DNA of 64,000 nucleotides from Thalia democratica (Eukaryota): NCBI GenBank assembly GCA_965202585.1, contig OZ241834.1, positions 32,426,001 to 32,490,000 of the forward strand, read 5' to 3'. Shown piece by piece: positions 35,001 to 46,890 of this stretch (position 1 is its first letter; each line of letters starts with the position of its first letter). The notes under the pieces were generated by a model. It saw only the letters and a program-made list of their open reading frames with translations, ran no database searches and was not told where the DNA came from. The position numbers and the translations under genes were made by a program.

Positions 35001-38000
35001 CTTTTAATAAAGTGTTTACATTAATAAATCTCAAATGCCTCGCTCTTTTCTTGAAAAGATAAACAGAGCTAAAAAGAATTGGCACTTTAAAATCGTTTCA
35101 CTCGACAAGGACATTCAAAAAAATCAGATTAAATGCTACAAAAAAAACTTTTAAAATGTTTCTGCAAATGAATTAGATCCTATCGGATGATTGTTTGTGT
35201 CGCGAAAGTTCATTATGACGTAAGAACAACTGTTTTGCAACTTAATTGCAGTATTTGTCATCGATTTGATGACGTACTCTTCAACTATTTGCATGGACAT
35301 TCGAACAAATTTAATGCCTCTTGTTTAATTTATCAATAATAAGGAATGCTCACTATTTTCTTAAATGACCTTTAAAAAATATAAATAAGTATAAACATTT
35401 AACTGTCCTAATTTAAAGTTCATAACTTTCAGAAACTATTTAAGATAAAAGTTTTATAGTTTGTTTTTTATATGAAATTATAATAAAGTTGCTAAATAAT
35501 ACATGTGCTTCATTAATAAATACTAAAGGTAACATAAAGTTTAATACCAATTAAAGTTGAAAGTTATAGGTTTAATTTTTAAATATGTTTTATCGTTGTA
35601 CTAAACTTTTATGTTTAAAAAAATATACAATTCAAACTAAAACACTTTGTCGGTATAATAAACTATAAACAATGAAAAGCAATTGTTTTTATATATATCT
35701 TTTAATCGTACTTTGACAATAAAACTTCAAAGACAATTTTAAAGTTAGTTTTTCATTTTAAAGATGTTGCTTTGATATCAGCTGCTATAACTTCCTTTAA
35801 TTCTGAAAGATGTTTGTTGTAAGTTTGTTTTTATGAGTTTTAATTAAGTAAAGCTAATCCAGTTGACCTTTTAGTAAAAGTTAAAAAAAAGTTTTTTTTG
35901 TTATGGAAAGATCTTAGCTGATAATAAATATATATTGACAAATTATTAATTATAGAGAATTTTTAGTAGTTTTTTAACTTGTTTAACATTAATTTCGTTT
36001 CATATTTTGAAAAAAATACGATGTAAAATGTAACCATTGTTTTTATTATTTTAATGTTATATTTGGTACAAATAAGAGTAAACATTTAAGAGGTTTTCTA
36101 AAATAATTTAATTAAAATTATTTCAATAACTATATTTAGCTAAGCATTAAATCAAGTTAAAATACCTGTAACTTAATATTTCCATGTCACAAATGTAAAA
36201 TTAAATTTCATGCATGTACTATCGACTTACACTTTATTGAATATTCGCACAAACTGTAATCATATCATTTGAAAAAGTGCTCCTTTAAATAAAAAAACAA
36301 GTTAAAAATAAAACACAAATTAGGTATATTAGCATTTTTTAAAATAATTTATATATTTTGATTATTATTTTGATCATAGTGCTGCCGCAGCTCACAGGTA
36401 TCTAAAACTAAGCGGTTTTTCAAAACTAAATCAAACAAGCAATATTTGTTGATTTATTTTATAACAAATGTTAAATTAGACAGGAAAACATCGTAAGCAA
36501 TTTTTGTTTTATAAAGTAAATGTCATGACATAGGGTCAACTATTTTAATCAATTAAAGTTTCACAGTCTGTACAGCATAGATTCAAACCATCTTCAAGAT
36601 AACAACTTTTTTTTGATAGTAATAATATAGCTTTATACTTTTAAAGTAACTAGGAGTTTTGAATTATACTTTACTTTTACCAAAACATTATTCTTTAATG
36701 TTGTACGTTTTATATTTTTCAGTCTACACTAATTCGCTTCATAATTTTTTTATTACTACCATCCAACAATAAAAGACTTCATTCAGATTTTTACAAAATA
36801 GTTATTTTTCTGAAAACTCTAGAAAAGAATAAAGATATTGTTCGTATAAACGTAGCATTTTTATACCAGAAACTCTTGCTTTATAGTTTTATTTATTCAA
36901 ATTTAAGTTTGTTACTTGTATTTTTATAAAGACGTTTTTCCTATTTAAAAGACGTTTTTTCTCGAAACTCATTCGTACTTTTTAGATTTTCAACTTCAAT
37001 AAAACTACGTTGTTTTCCATGCCTGCACAAATCATTTTACGTCTATTACATAATATGTACAACAAGAATTAATACTGTATGTTTAAATATATCAAAAGCA
37101 AAAGTATATATATTTTTTTTTCATAGTTTTAAAGAAAAAATAAACTATATTTAAAGCTTGAAATACATTTGAAAATTTATTATATAAATATCAAAACTGT
37201 TTACATAGGTTTTACCTATTTGATAAATTGTCTTACTTCCTATGTTTACAAGTCTTATTTGCTAATTATTTTTGGAATGTACTTATATTTGTTCCGAATT
37301 TTAAAATAATCGACTTAATAAAAAATAAATACATTTTTTTATAAGATTATTAAGTAAAATTCTAGTTATGATAAAGTACTCAGTACGGCTAGTAGGTTTG
37401 TTTTCAGACTAACACCTAAGTTACATCCTAAAATAATCTAGTTTAGAGTTTTATCAAAAATAAAGTATTTTTTCAGAATTACTTAATATATTGCATACAA
37501 AAACGTATTTAATTAACACTTATTGTAAGCTTACCTAGGATTTTAATATACACTGTTTTAAAAGTTCAGTTCAGTTTAAATCATATTGCGCTTACAATTA
37601 ATGTTATCATTATAACAGGTTTTAAATGCGTGAATATATAAATGACTAAACAGTAATCCATTATTAATAACTAACTGCAAGTACTAATTTTTACGCTGAC
37701 TATCTGTTCATGTTTGCAATTAATGTGCAGTTGTTTATACCATTTAAACTTAAAATCGTTTTTCAAAGGTTGTTTGTATTTCTAAGTGACAGGATAGTAA
37801 ACATAAAAACTAGCTTGTTTTTAAACTTATGGCCTAAGCTGTTTTTTAAAAGTTATTATACTTTTGTTTTTATTTTCAAAGTATTCTCCGAAATCTAAAG
37901 TTTTCAAAGTGTTTAACCTTGTTATTGTATGCTTTAAACTAAACAGTTTTATGTATTTACGTACTTAAAAATACTATAGCTAAAATACAAACTTAATCTA

Positions 38001-40665
38001 TTTCTGTTTAAACTGGTTAAAAACAAATATGCCTGTGAAGTGAACTCAAAAAACTCAATACTAAAAATTGATCAACAAAATAAGATTTTAATAAAGTAGC
38101 ACATAAATTTATTTTTAAGAAACTGCTTAAAAAGTAGTCAAACAACTTAAACAGCTGCATATAAACATGCTTTAAAAGTTTGTTTGAGTGTATTTGTAAG
38201 CACATGTTTATACATATGCTTAATTAAATAGCAATTAAGAGTTCTTTTGAGTTTTTTCGTTAACTCTTCGCTTTTGCGAAAATTATTTTTTTTTAATAAA
38301 CACTCGTTACTCGCAACGTGTACAAAAATAATAAAAAGTCTAAACAATGTTTCTTTCAAAAAATAGCTTTTGTGAGTAAAAACAATTAACAAAATAAAGC
38401 ATTTAGCAAACTGTGCTTTTTACAAATTAAAAGCTTACTAACAAAACAAACGCCTTGTAGACTTTTAATTAGCAACAATTAAAATGTATAAACTTTATAA
38501 AAACTGAAAATTTTAAATTAAGTTTAAACATTTATTTATTTAGCTTTATTTTAGTTGTCTAAATAAAGCTAATGTCATAAATTAAAAATAATACTTGCCA
38601 AGCAACTTTTTGTATTGTATATCTAACATATCAAACTGTACTGAACAATGTTTTTTTTAAGTGTGATAACTCTAATTTAAACTAGTAATTGCTTAACAAA
38701 ATTCTTAAGTTTATAAAACTGTCAGTAACAAACATAGTTTTTATTAAGTTAAACTTTAAAATGTTTGAGTTAGGTATTTACCTTTTTTTCTAAAGACTTA
38801 AAACTTCAGTAATTAAGAAATTACTTATATAATATAAAGCTTGCTTTACACAAAACCTTTGGAACCTTATCTTATAAAAAGGCTTACAGACACAAAGCAG
38901 ATAAAATTAGCTTAATAATCAATCATGGCTAACAATGAGAATTTTCGACTTCCCGAGTTAATGTTTAACTAAATCATAAATCATTATGTAGCAATAGTTA
39001 CAAAACTTTCATCAGTAAATTTGGACGTGACTAGAAATTATATATTTTACAAAAAATTTTTGAAGGAAGTCGAAAAAAGGCTGTATAATATATACATAAA
39101 AATAAACCAAAACAATTAATAGATTATTACACATCAAACTTAGTTTTTAATGAAATAGTATGAAACAATCATACTAATATTTTAGGAATACTTAAACTTA
39201 TTTTATAATTATCTATGTTCTGTTTTAAGGATCTTTTTAAACTTTGGTGTACAAAATACTTATAAATGCACCCGCTATAATCAGGTACTTTAATATTCAA
39301 AATTAAAACACTTCTTGTTTTTAATAATACTCCTTAGGAATAATTTGCTTTTTGTAGCTTAAATATTGATAAATAAGAAAAAAACAATTATATTAGTTCT
39401 CAATCAATATAAAAAAATTGGTGTGTATGTTTTTATTTATTTTAATCCCATGTGTAACAAAAGTAAAAGTTTATTCAGAATTTTCTGCGATGTTTTTCAT
39501 TTTATTACCTCAGTTTATTTATGTTGCACTTTTTTCAAAACTAAATTTGTATAAACGTTTAAGCAAGTTAAGTATAAAATATTGTTTAACTATTTTCGGT
39601 TCAACCTACCAATTCATAGCCTTTTACTTTAAATAAACAAACTATACTTTTAATTTAGTTCAAAATAATCTAATATCTTAACTTACGTCCAAATAGAAAA
39701 AAGTACAAACTTATTAAATTACCAATTTGTTTATAAATTTGTAAAACAGTTTATACCTAATCAATAAAACTATGATTGATATAAAACATCTGATAATCAA
39801 AATAAGCATTTATGGAGACATAAATGCTCAACTTATGTTAAACAACTGTTTTTAAACACTTAACAAAAATAAAGAACATATAGAAATTTAATAAAAAACC
39901 TTGAGGCTACTGTGAACAAAATTTTTAAAGATAGTGTTTATTAATCTAATTCACAATACCCTCAACTATTTTACAACATACATATTTAAATATGTTTTAT
40001 AGAGTCAGTGTTACTTAGTCACCTTTTATTGTTCGTTAAAATAGATTCTTTTTTACAAATAGTTCTTCTTGAATATTGAGGAGCTTTAAATATTTTAAGT
40101 TGGTGGTTTACGTTTTTTTTAATCTGTCATCGAGCAATTTTGACATTTGATTCATTTTAATTTTTTAAAAGTCACTGAAATTATGTTTGAATTTTAAATT
40201 TTTTCATTAAATTAAGATAGTAGATTTGCTTACATGTTTGTTACATTCTACTCGGGTACTAAAGCTCACTTTAATTTTGAGCCAATTTTGAGAAGTTCTT
40301 GTTCACACTCACGTCAATTATAAGAGCAGTAGTAAATTTTCCTTAAACAATTGAATATGAACAACTAAATGCAAAACTAGAACTTATAACTCTGAAAAGA
40401 TAGTCGTATTTTAATTTATTGCTAAGTTTGATATATAAATAATCAGTCCGATTTGTTATTATAAATTTATTGCTGAATCAACAGAGTCAAGAAGAAAATT
40501 TGCTAGATTATAAAAAGTTATAACTTGAACAAAATCCTCAAATTACAAAAGAAATAAAAACAGATATATCACAATACTATTACTGCGGATCTTTTTCATC
40601 GCCTTTCATTAATACCAGCTGTTTCTTTTTGCTAACATGATTCGTCATCAGCAAACTAACTCAGG

Positions 40666-40980
40666 TCATTTAAACTTCACTGTCTTGGAAATAACTCCAA
40701 TCTTTTTGCTTGGACCTTTACTCTTTTCACCGGATTTTTTCCTCACGATCCCATCTTGAACAGTCTTCCCGCCATCTGGATTCGCTTCACTGCCTTCCGT
40801 CTTTTCAACACCTGCCAACCACCTCATAAATCCCTTGATCAGGTTCCAGGAAAATTCCAGAGCCTTTCTACCGTAACTGGATGGATCCCAGCTTTGAGCC
40901 CGAGTAGCCAATAGAAACAAACCGAATCCGCCAACAATAACCAGTTCGCTCACTTCGACAATTGCGGTAATCTTTGCCAT
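40666..40980 (-). CDS. Orphan small protein, paralogue A (104 aa): signal/TM segment + amphipathic helix + Lys-rich tail
   Basis: Intact ORF. Putative 5'-UTR intron 41003-41290 (gtgaga..tatag) and TATATAAA at 41440-41447. Homologous to 44144-44446 and 45667-46314. Confidence 0.75.
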   Translation of the reverse strand: MAKITAIVEVSELVIVGGFGLFLLATRAQSWDPSSYGRKALEFSWNLIKGFMRWLAGVEKTEGSEANPDGGKTVQDGIVRKKSGEKSKGPSKKIGVISKTVKFK

Positions 40981-41439
40981 TTTATTACTAATGCTACAAT
41001 ACCTATAGTTTTTAACTACTTTAAGAAAATCGTTTCGAATATTTTATGTAATTTTGAGTATAAAGTGGAAATTTTAACTCAAGTTTTAAAATGGTTACTC
41101 TCCTACTTTCAAATAAACACTAATACACATTAGCTTTGATTATGGTTTTGAAATATCACATTTAGTCTACATTTTCTTAGAACTGTTGTTTAAAAAAAAT
41201 AACATGTTGACAGTTTACATCAAAAAAATAAAACTTAGAAATATATAAAAACACACGTAAATGTAATACCCTATTGGTTAGAATTCTCACCTAAACTAAT
41301 AGCCTTGTTCAATGAAATTATTTGATCAACTGTTTATATATTGGAATTTTGATACGTATTTTAACAATTTTTTGTTTACGTATTAATCAATCTTTTAGTA
41401 CGATTAAAAATCAAGCTTTTGCTAAGAAAAGTTGTGAGT

Positions 41440-41447
41440 TTTATATA
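41440..41447 (-). promoter_or_regulatory. TATA box conserved upstream of all three orphan paralogues (also 44895-44901 and 47314-47320)
   Basis: cag(c)cttg(a/g)TATATAA occurs in the same context in all three duplicated units, upstream of a conserved donor. Confidence 0.5.
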
Positions 41448-44143
41448 TCAAGGCTGCTAAAAGATCTTTTTTCGATTACATGATATTTCTTTTTTAAACA
41501 GAACTGTGGTAAACTTAGAGCTTCAACCATGTTTTTTTTTCTATTTAAAAAATTTAAGTTATAGTTATTTTTGCTTTTAAACTTAAATATAATAAAATAC
41601 AAACTTAAGTTATGGCAGTTATGGCGATTATACTATTTTAACTACCAAAGCTTCGTACTTAAAAGATAATTTTCTAACCAGTTTTATGTTTTTTTTTACA
41701 CTATCTATTTTATATTAGTTGCTTTTATGCTTTTATAGCGTAAATTTAGGTTTATTTTATAGTAACCTTTTTTATTTGAACATCTGTTTTAGATTATATT
41801 GAAATAGTTTGTACTTATTCAGTAACATTTAGAAATTAAAGTAATAAATCTTTACAACAAGTTTATTAGTAATATCAGCTATTTTTAATAACCTTATCGT
41901 AAGTTAGAAGTTATAAGTTGAAAAACAATCGTAAGTTTAGTAACATTTTTGTTAATTCTTTATAAAGACTTAAGTTTTACATATTTTGATCTATGAATCG
42001 TTATAACTTTAAAACCTCAGGCCTTCTATAAAAAACTTATTGTTAATTTGTCAATTATTATTAGTTGAGAATGACAAAATTAGGGCAACACTTTATACTG
42101 TAAAAAAAGCTACATTTAAAAAAATCAGCGATACTTTGTTTAATTTTTTTAGTTGAAGAAAATACCTTTGTTGTAAAAACACAGTAAAAAAACTATAAAA
42201 AATTTTACAAACTTTGTTATTTCAGGTTCTATAAGTCTCAAAGCAAAAAAAAAACTTTTACTTGTTTCTAGATCAACGAAGTCTTTAATTCAGTTTGATG
42301 ACTATATAACTTAGACAAAATACTTTTTTGAAACAATTAATAGTTTTTTTAGCGTTTCTCATTCTCAAATAATTTTCGTGTTTATACAAAATTTCATTGT
42401 CTAATCTTTGTCAGTGTTTTATTACTTTTGAATACTTTACTTTTTAAGCGGTCTTTCAGTTTTTATCTCCTACAAAGAGCAGTTAACACCCAACTACGTT
42501 TTCACAGACAAATGTTTTTCAAAGTAGAATTGTTATAAATTAACTATTCTTGATTCTAGTGGTCCTAAGTTGATTAAGTAGACTAAGATCTCAAGTTGAA
42601 CAGGTAACATCTTCCAACCAGAAGTGTCTGTCCAGCTACGTATTCAAAGCTAATTTTTCGAAGGAAATTAAAACTGAGCTATTACAATAAAACTATTTCA
42701 AATAGGCTCTAAACTTGATTTTTGAAACATAACATAATACTAAAATTTATTAACTTTAAATGTTTTTGGTTTAGTCTTGTTACAAAACTTTTTATTGTTA
42801 AGCGAACTTTCAACATTTTTTCTATTAAGTCCAACAGCAATACAATAATATACTACAGCGTGATTTAGATACATTTTGATACATGTTTAATTTACTCTTT
42901 TTATATGTTTTTTAGTTGTTAAGCAATTTTACCTAATAAGTCCGGGACCAAAAGATTTTTTATTTAATCAGGTCAATCGTCTAAAAAATTTCCACCTTTA
43001 GTGTAAATGTAAAAAGCTTAAGCATTTTAAACAATAACAAGTGTTTTTTACAACTGCGTTACACTGTATCTTATAAGTTTTACATATTATATTTTCATTT
43101 AAAACAGATTATTCTTTCTTTAACCATGTACAGTATTTTTCAGTAATGATTTTTATTTTTAAAATTTTAAAACAGTGTATACTAAAGTGATTAAGCTATT
43201 TTAGTTAAACAAAATCAATGTTAGACTTCTGAAAAAAAAGCAGTTATGGGAAGTTAAGCTGTTTTTAAACATTCAACCGAAACTATGAATCAATGGGATT
43301 TTTAAAAAAAACTTAGGATACTGTGAATAAAAATCTTCATTAATTTATTTCACAGTAACCTCTAGCTATTTTAATTACAACAGACGTTACTTAAAAAAAG
43401 GCTTAATGGTAACTGTGTTACATAGTAACCTTTTAACACAGCTTAAGTGTTCGTTAGAATAGTTTATTTTATATCATTAATCATGTGAAATTTTTGGATG
43501 TTTTTTTTTACTTTTTATATGTGATAGGAATGAAAGTTAATTTATAATTCAGACATTATCTTTATATTTGTCAATGTACAAATTTACAAATTCTATAGTT
43601 TTACTTTTGAGAAAGACACTGCATTTTCTCTTGAATTTCAAAGACTGAACTGTTTTTTGTATAACTAGTTAAATGTTGCTTACAATTTAGTAAACATCTA
43701 TCTAGGTAGTAATTCTCACTACTTGGGTATCCCAAAGTCTTCTTTTCAGCCGGTATTATGAAATTCTAGTCTACACTAAATTCAAATACAAGACTGTAGT
43801 AAACTTTTGTAGAACAATTGAACATGAACAATAAAATACGAAATTAAACCTTAAAATTAGCTGAAAAAAGTCGTATGCTAGTATATTATAATTTATAAGT
43901 TTGAGTTTAAGTTTGATATATAAATAATCAGTCTGATTTATTTATGTAAGTTTATTGCTAATTCTACCGAATCAAGAAGAAAATTTGCTAGATTATAAAA
44001 AGTTATAACTTAAAAACTAATGTTAGAATACAGAGAAAAACATCACAAAACTATTACTGCTGATCTTCTACATCACCTTTCATTAATACCAGTTGTTTCT
44101 TTTTGCCAACAAGATTCGATATCAGCAAACTAACACAGGTCAT

Positions 44144-44446
44144 TTAAACCTCACTCTTTTGGTCATTCTTTTTGCTTGGACCTTCACTCTTTTCACCGGA
44201 TTTTTTTCCCACGATCCCATCTTGAACAGTCTTCCCGCCATCTGGATTCGCTTCACTGCCTTCCGTCTTTTCACCGCCTACCAACCACCTCATAAATCCT
44301 TTGAACAGATTCCTGAAAAATTCCAGAGCCTTTTTACCGTAACTGGATGGATCCCAGCTTTGTGCCCGAGTAACTATTAGAAACAAACCGAATCCGCCAA
44401 CAATAACCAGTTCGCTCACTTCGACAACTGCGGTAATCTTTGCCAT
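44144..44446 (-). CDS. Orphan small protein, paralogue B (100 aa)
   Basis: Intact ORF, 82/94 aa identical to A over the shared part. Putative 5'-UTR intron 44469-44752; TATATAA at 44895-44901. Confidence 0.75.
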   Translation of the reverse strand: MAKITAVVEVSELVIVGGFGLFLIVTRAQSWDPSSYGKKALEFFRNLFKGFMRWLVGGEKTEGSEANPDGGKTVQDGIVGKKSGEKSEGPSKKNDQKSEV

Positions 44447-45666
44447 TTCAATACTGATACTACAATACCTATAATTTTTAACTACTTTAAGAAAATTGAT
44501 TCGAATACTTTATGTAACTTCAAGTATTAAGTAAAAATTTAGCTCAAGTTATAAAATGGTTACTTTTGAATAAACACTAACATACACTAATTTTGGTTAT
44601 GGATTTGAAATATGACATTTAGTCTTCATTTTCTTAAAACTGTAGTTTAAAAATTAAAATAGAATGTTGATAGTTTAAATTTGTAAAAAACATTTAGAAA
44701 CAAATAAAAAATCAAGTTTAGTATTCATATTCCTATTTGATAGAAATCTCACTAAAACTAATAACCATGTTCAATAATTTGATCAACTGTTTATATATTG
44801 GAGCTTTGATACGAATTATAACAATGTTTTTGATTACCTATTAAACAATCATTTAGTGCGATTATAAATTCAGCTTTTTCTAAGAATGTGAATGTTATAT
44901 ACCAAGGCTGATAATTTATTTAAAAAGTCCTGGTTAAAAATAATTTTCAATTTAATCAGGCCCACCGTCCGAAAAAGTTTCCACCTTTAGTGTAAATATA
45001 AAATAAAACCAAAGCATTTTAAGATCAAGATAAGGTTTGTTTTTACTTACTGCGTTACACTGTATCCTCTAAGTTTTACATGTATCTTCAATTAAAACAA
45101 ATCATGCTTTCTTTAACCATGTACAGTTTTTTCAACAATAATTTTTTTCGGTGTGAATAACTAGTTACCTCAAAGAGCTTAGAAAAAAATTGCAACTTCA
45201 TTATTTTCTCTTAATATTTTAAGGAGTTTACGTGTAGAATAAGTCAGCGGTATTACTAGTTATTGACCCTTCACTTGACTTTTTTTTTTTTTAAATCGTC
45301 GACTTACTTACATAACGGAAATACACAGTATTGCCTATTCAGGATGTTTAGCTTACACGTATAGCGAACATAAAACTATAAACTATTTGTTAATAATTTG
45401 ATTTTTTACGAATAAAACCTGACCTCACAACGAGCTAAACAGGCATGTCATATTAAAGTGCAGTTTGATATAAAATAATCAATTTAATTTTTTTTGTGAG
45501 TTTATTGCTGAACTAACTAAATCAAGAGAAAGATCAACACAGTCTGAACCATAAATAAATTGTTTCAACGGAACAGTCAAAAAATAACAGAAACAAAAAA
45601 CGCAAAAACACAAAACTATTACTGGTGATGTTTTTATCAGGTTTCCTTCACACCAACTGTTTCTAT

Positions 45667-46314
45667 TTATTCATCGAGTTCTTCATCAGTGGGTTTGGGA
45701 TCGGGAAATTTGAGAAGAGGAGTTTTGTCATCAAGAAAATCAGGATCTCTGTCTCGAGAAGGTCGGGCAACATCCTCTGCATTTTTCTGGTCCTTTGTAT
45801 TGGTTTTACTTACTGGTCGATCACCATCGGCATCAACGATTTCATAGTTTCTAAACTTTTTTACAAGTATCCATTTTCCACGTATATCACCTAGGTCATT
45901 TGAACTCACTTTATTTGTATTGAGGCCACTACCGTTCCTTTGAACTTTCTTCTTTTGAACAGATTTATTTTCAAGAACCCCATTTTTGATTTCCCCTTTG
46001 AAATTTGAACTCACTTTCTTCGTATTAAGGCCACTACCGTTCCTTTGAACTTTCTTCTTTAGAACAGGTTTATTTTTAAGAACCCCATCTTTAATTTCCC
46101 TTTTGAAATTTGGATTCGCTTTACTGACTTCCGTCTTTTCACCGCCTGCCAACCACCTCATAAATCCTTTGAACAGCTTCCTGAAAAATTCCAGGGCCTT
46201 TCTACCGTAACTGGATGGATCCCAGCATTGAGCCCAAACAGCCAATAGAAACAAACCGAATCCGCCAACAATAACCAATTCGTTCACTTCAACAATTACG
46301 GTGATCTTTGCCAT
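45667..46314 (-). CDS. Orphan protein, paralogue C (215 aa) with 2x35-aa internal repeat and acidic C-terminus
   Basis: Intact ORF sharing the first ~68 aa with A/B. Putative 5'-UTR intron 46337-47006 (gtaaga..tatag) containing a MITE; TATATAA at 47314-47320. Confidence 0.8.
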   Translation of the reverse strand: MAKITVIVEVNELVIVGGFGLFLLAVWAQCWDPSSYGRKALEFFRKLFKGFMRWLAGGEKTEVSKANPNFKREIKDGVLKNKPVLKKKVQRNGSGLNTKKVSSNFKGEIKNGVLENKSVQKKKVQRNGSGLNTNKVSSNDLGDIRGKWILVKKFRNYEIVDADGDRPVSKTNTKDQKNAEDVARPSRDRDPDFLDDKTPLLKFPDPKPTDEELDE

Positions 46315-46490
46315 TTTAGTACTAATAACACAATACCTATAAATTGTAACTACTTCAGAAAGTTGTTTTGGCTACTATCTGTAGTTTTAAGTATACATTT
46401 AAGTTTTTTTTTAACTCTTTTTCCTCTAAATCAACACTAATAGTTATTGTTTTCAATGAAATCTAAATTTGCTATTACAATACTAACACT

Positions 46491-46890
46491 ACGGGTGTAA
46501 GACAATTCAAATTCAGACAATTCAAATTCTGAGAATTAAAATCTTTATAAAAGTTTTAAGGGCCTCAAATCAAAAAATAAGATATTTTTGAACAAAATAA
46601 AAATATGTATGTAGGACTAATTTATACCTACATACCATTTTTTATTTTTATAAAGTTTAAATGTTATTGGAGATATAGCTAAAATTTGTTTTAAGTTATA
46701 CTATTTTTAGTAATTATGAGAAATCTCTTTAAATAATTATTTTTTCAGCTTTTGTTTTGCTAACATAGTTGTATTAAATAGATCTTTAACTAATGTTTCT
46801 ATTTATTTTAAGTTTATATTACTGTTTGAAATATGGTTGTATAAACATTTATTTAAGAATTTGAATTGTCCGAATTTGAATTTTCATGTA
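46491..46890. mobile_element. ~400-bp MITE-like insertion in the 5'-UTR intron of paralogue C
   Basis: 27-bp inverted repeat with 26/27 identity: aattcaaattcagacaattcaaattct (46504-46530) versus 46856-46882; absent from the A and B introns. The outermost termini and TSD are not resolved. Confidence 0.7.

Noticed and set aside
44093-45894. + strand ORFs 44093-44380 and 45625-45894
   Set aside because: Antisense to paralogues B and C, and not conserved as ORFs in copy A.
40981-46337. Orphan ORFs as alternative terminal exons of SAPCD2 or as an SL-resolved operon
   Set aside because: The 22 nt before each ATG are open in frame (YCxIS), but each copy has its own donor and TATA, and A/B have in-frame stops before the donor, which favours independent genes. 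Not fully excluded without RNA data.
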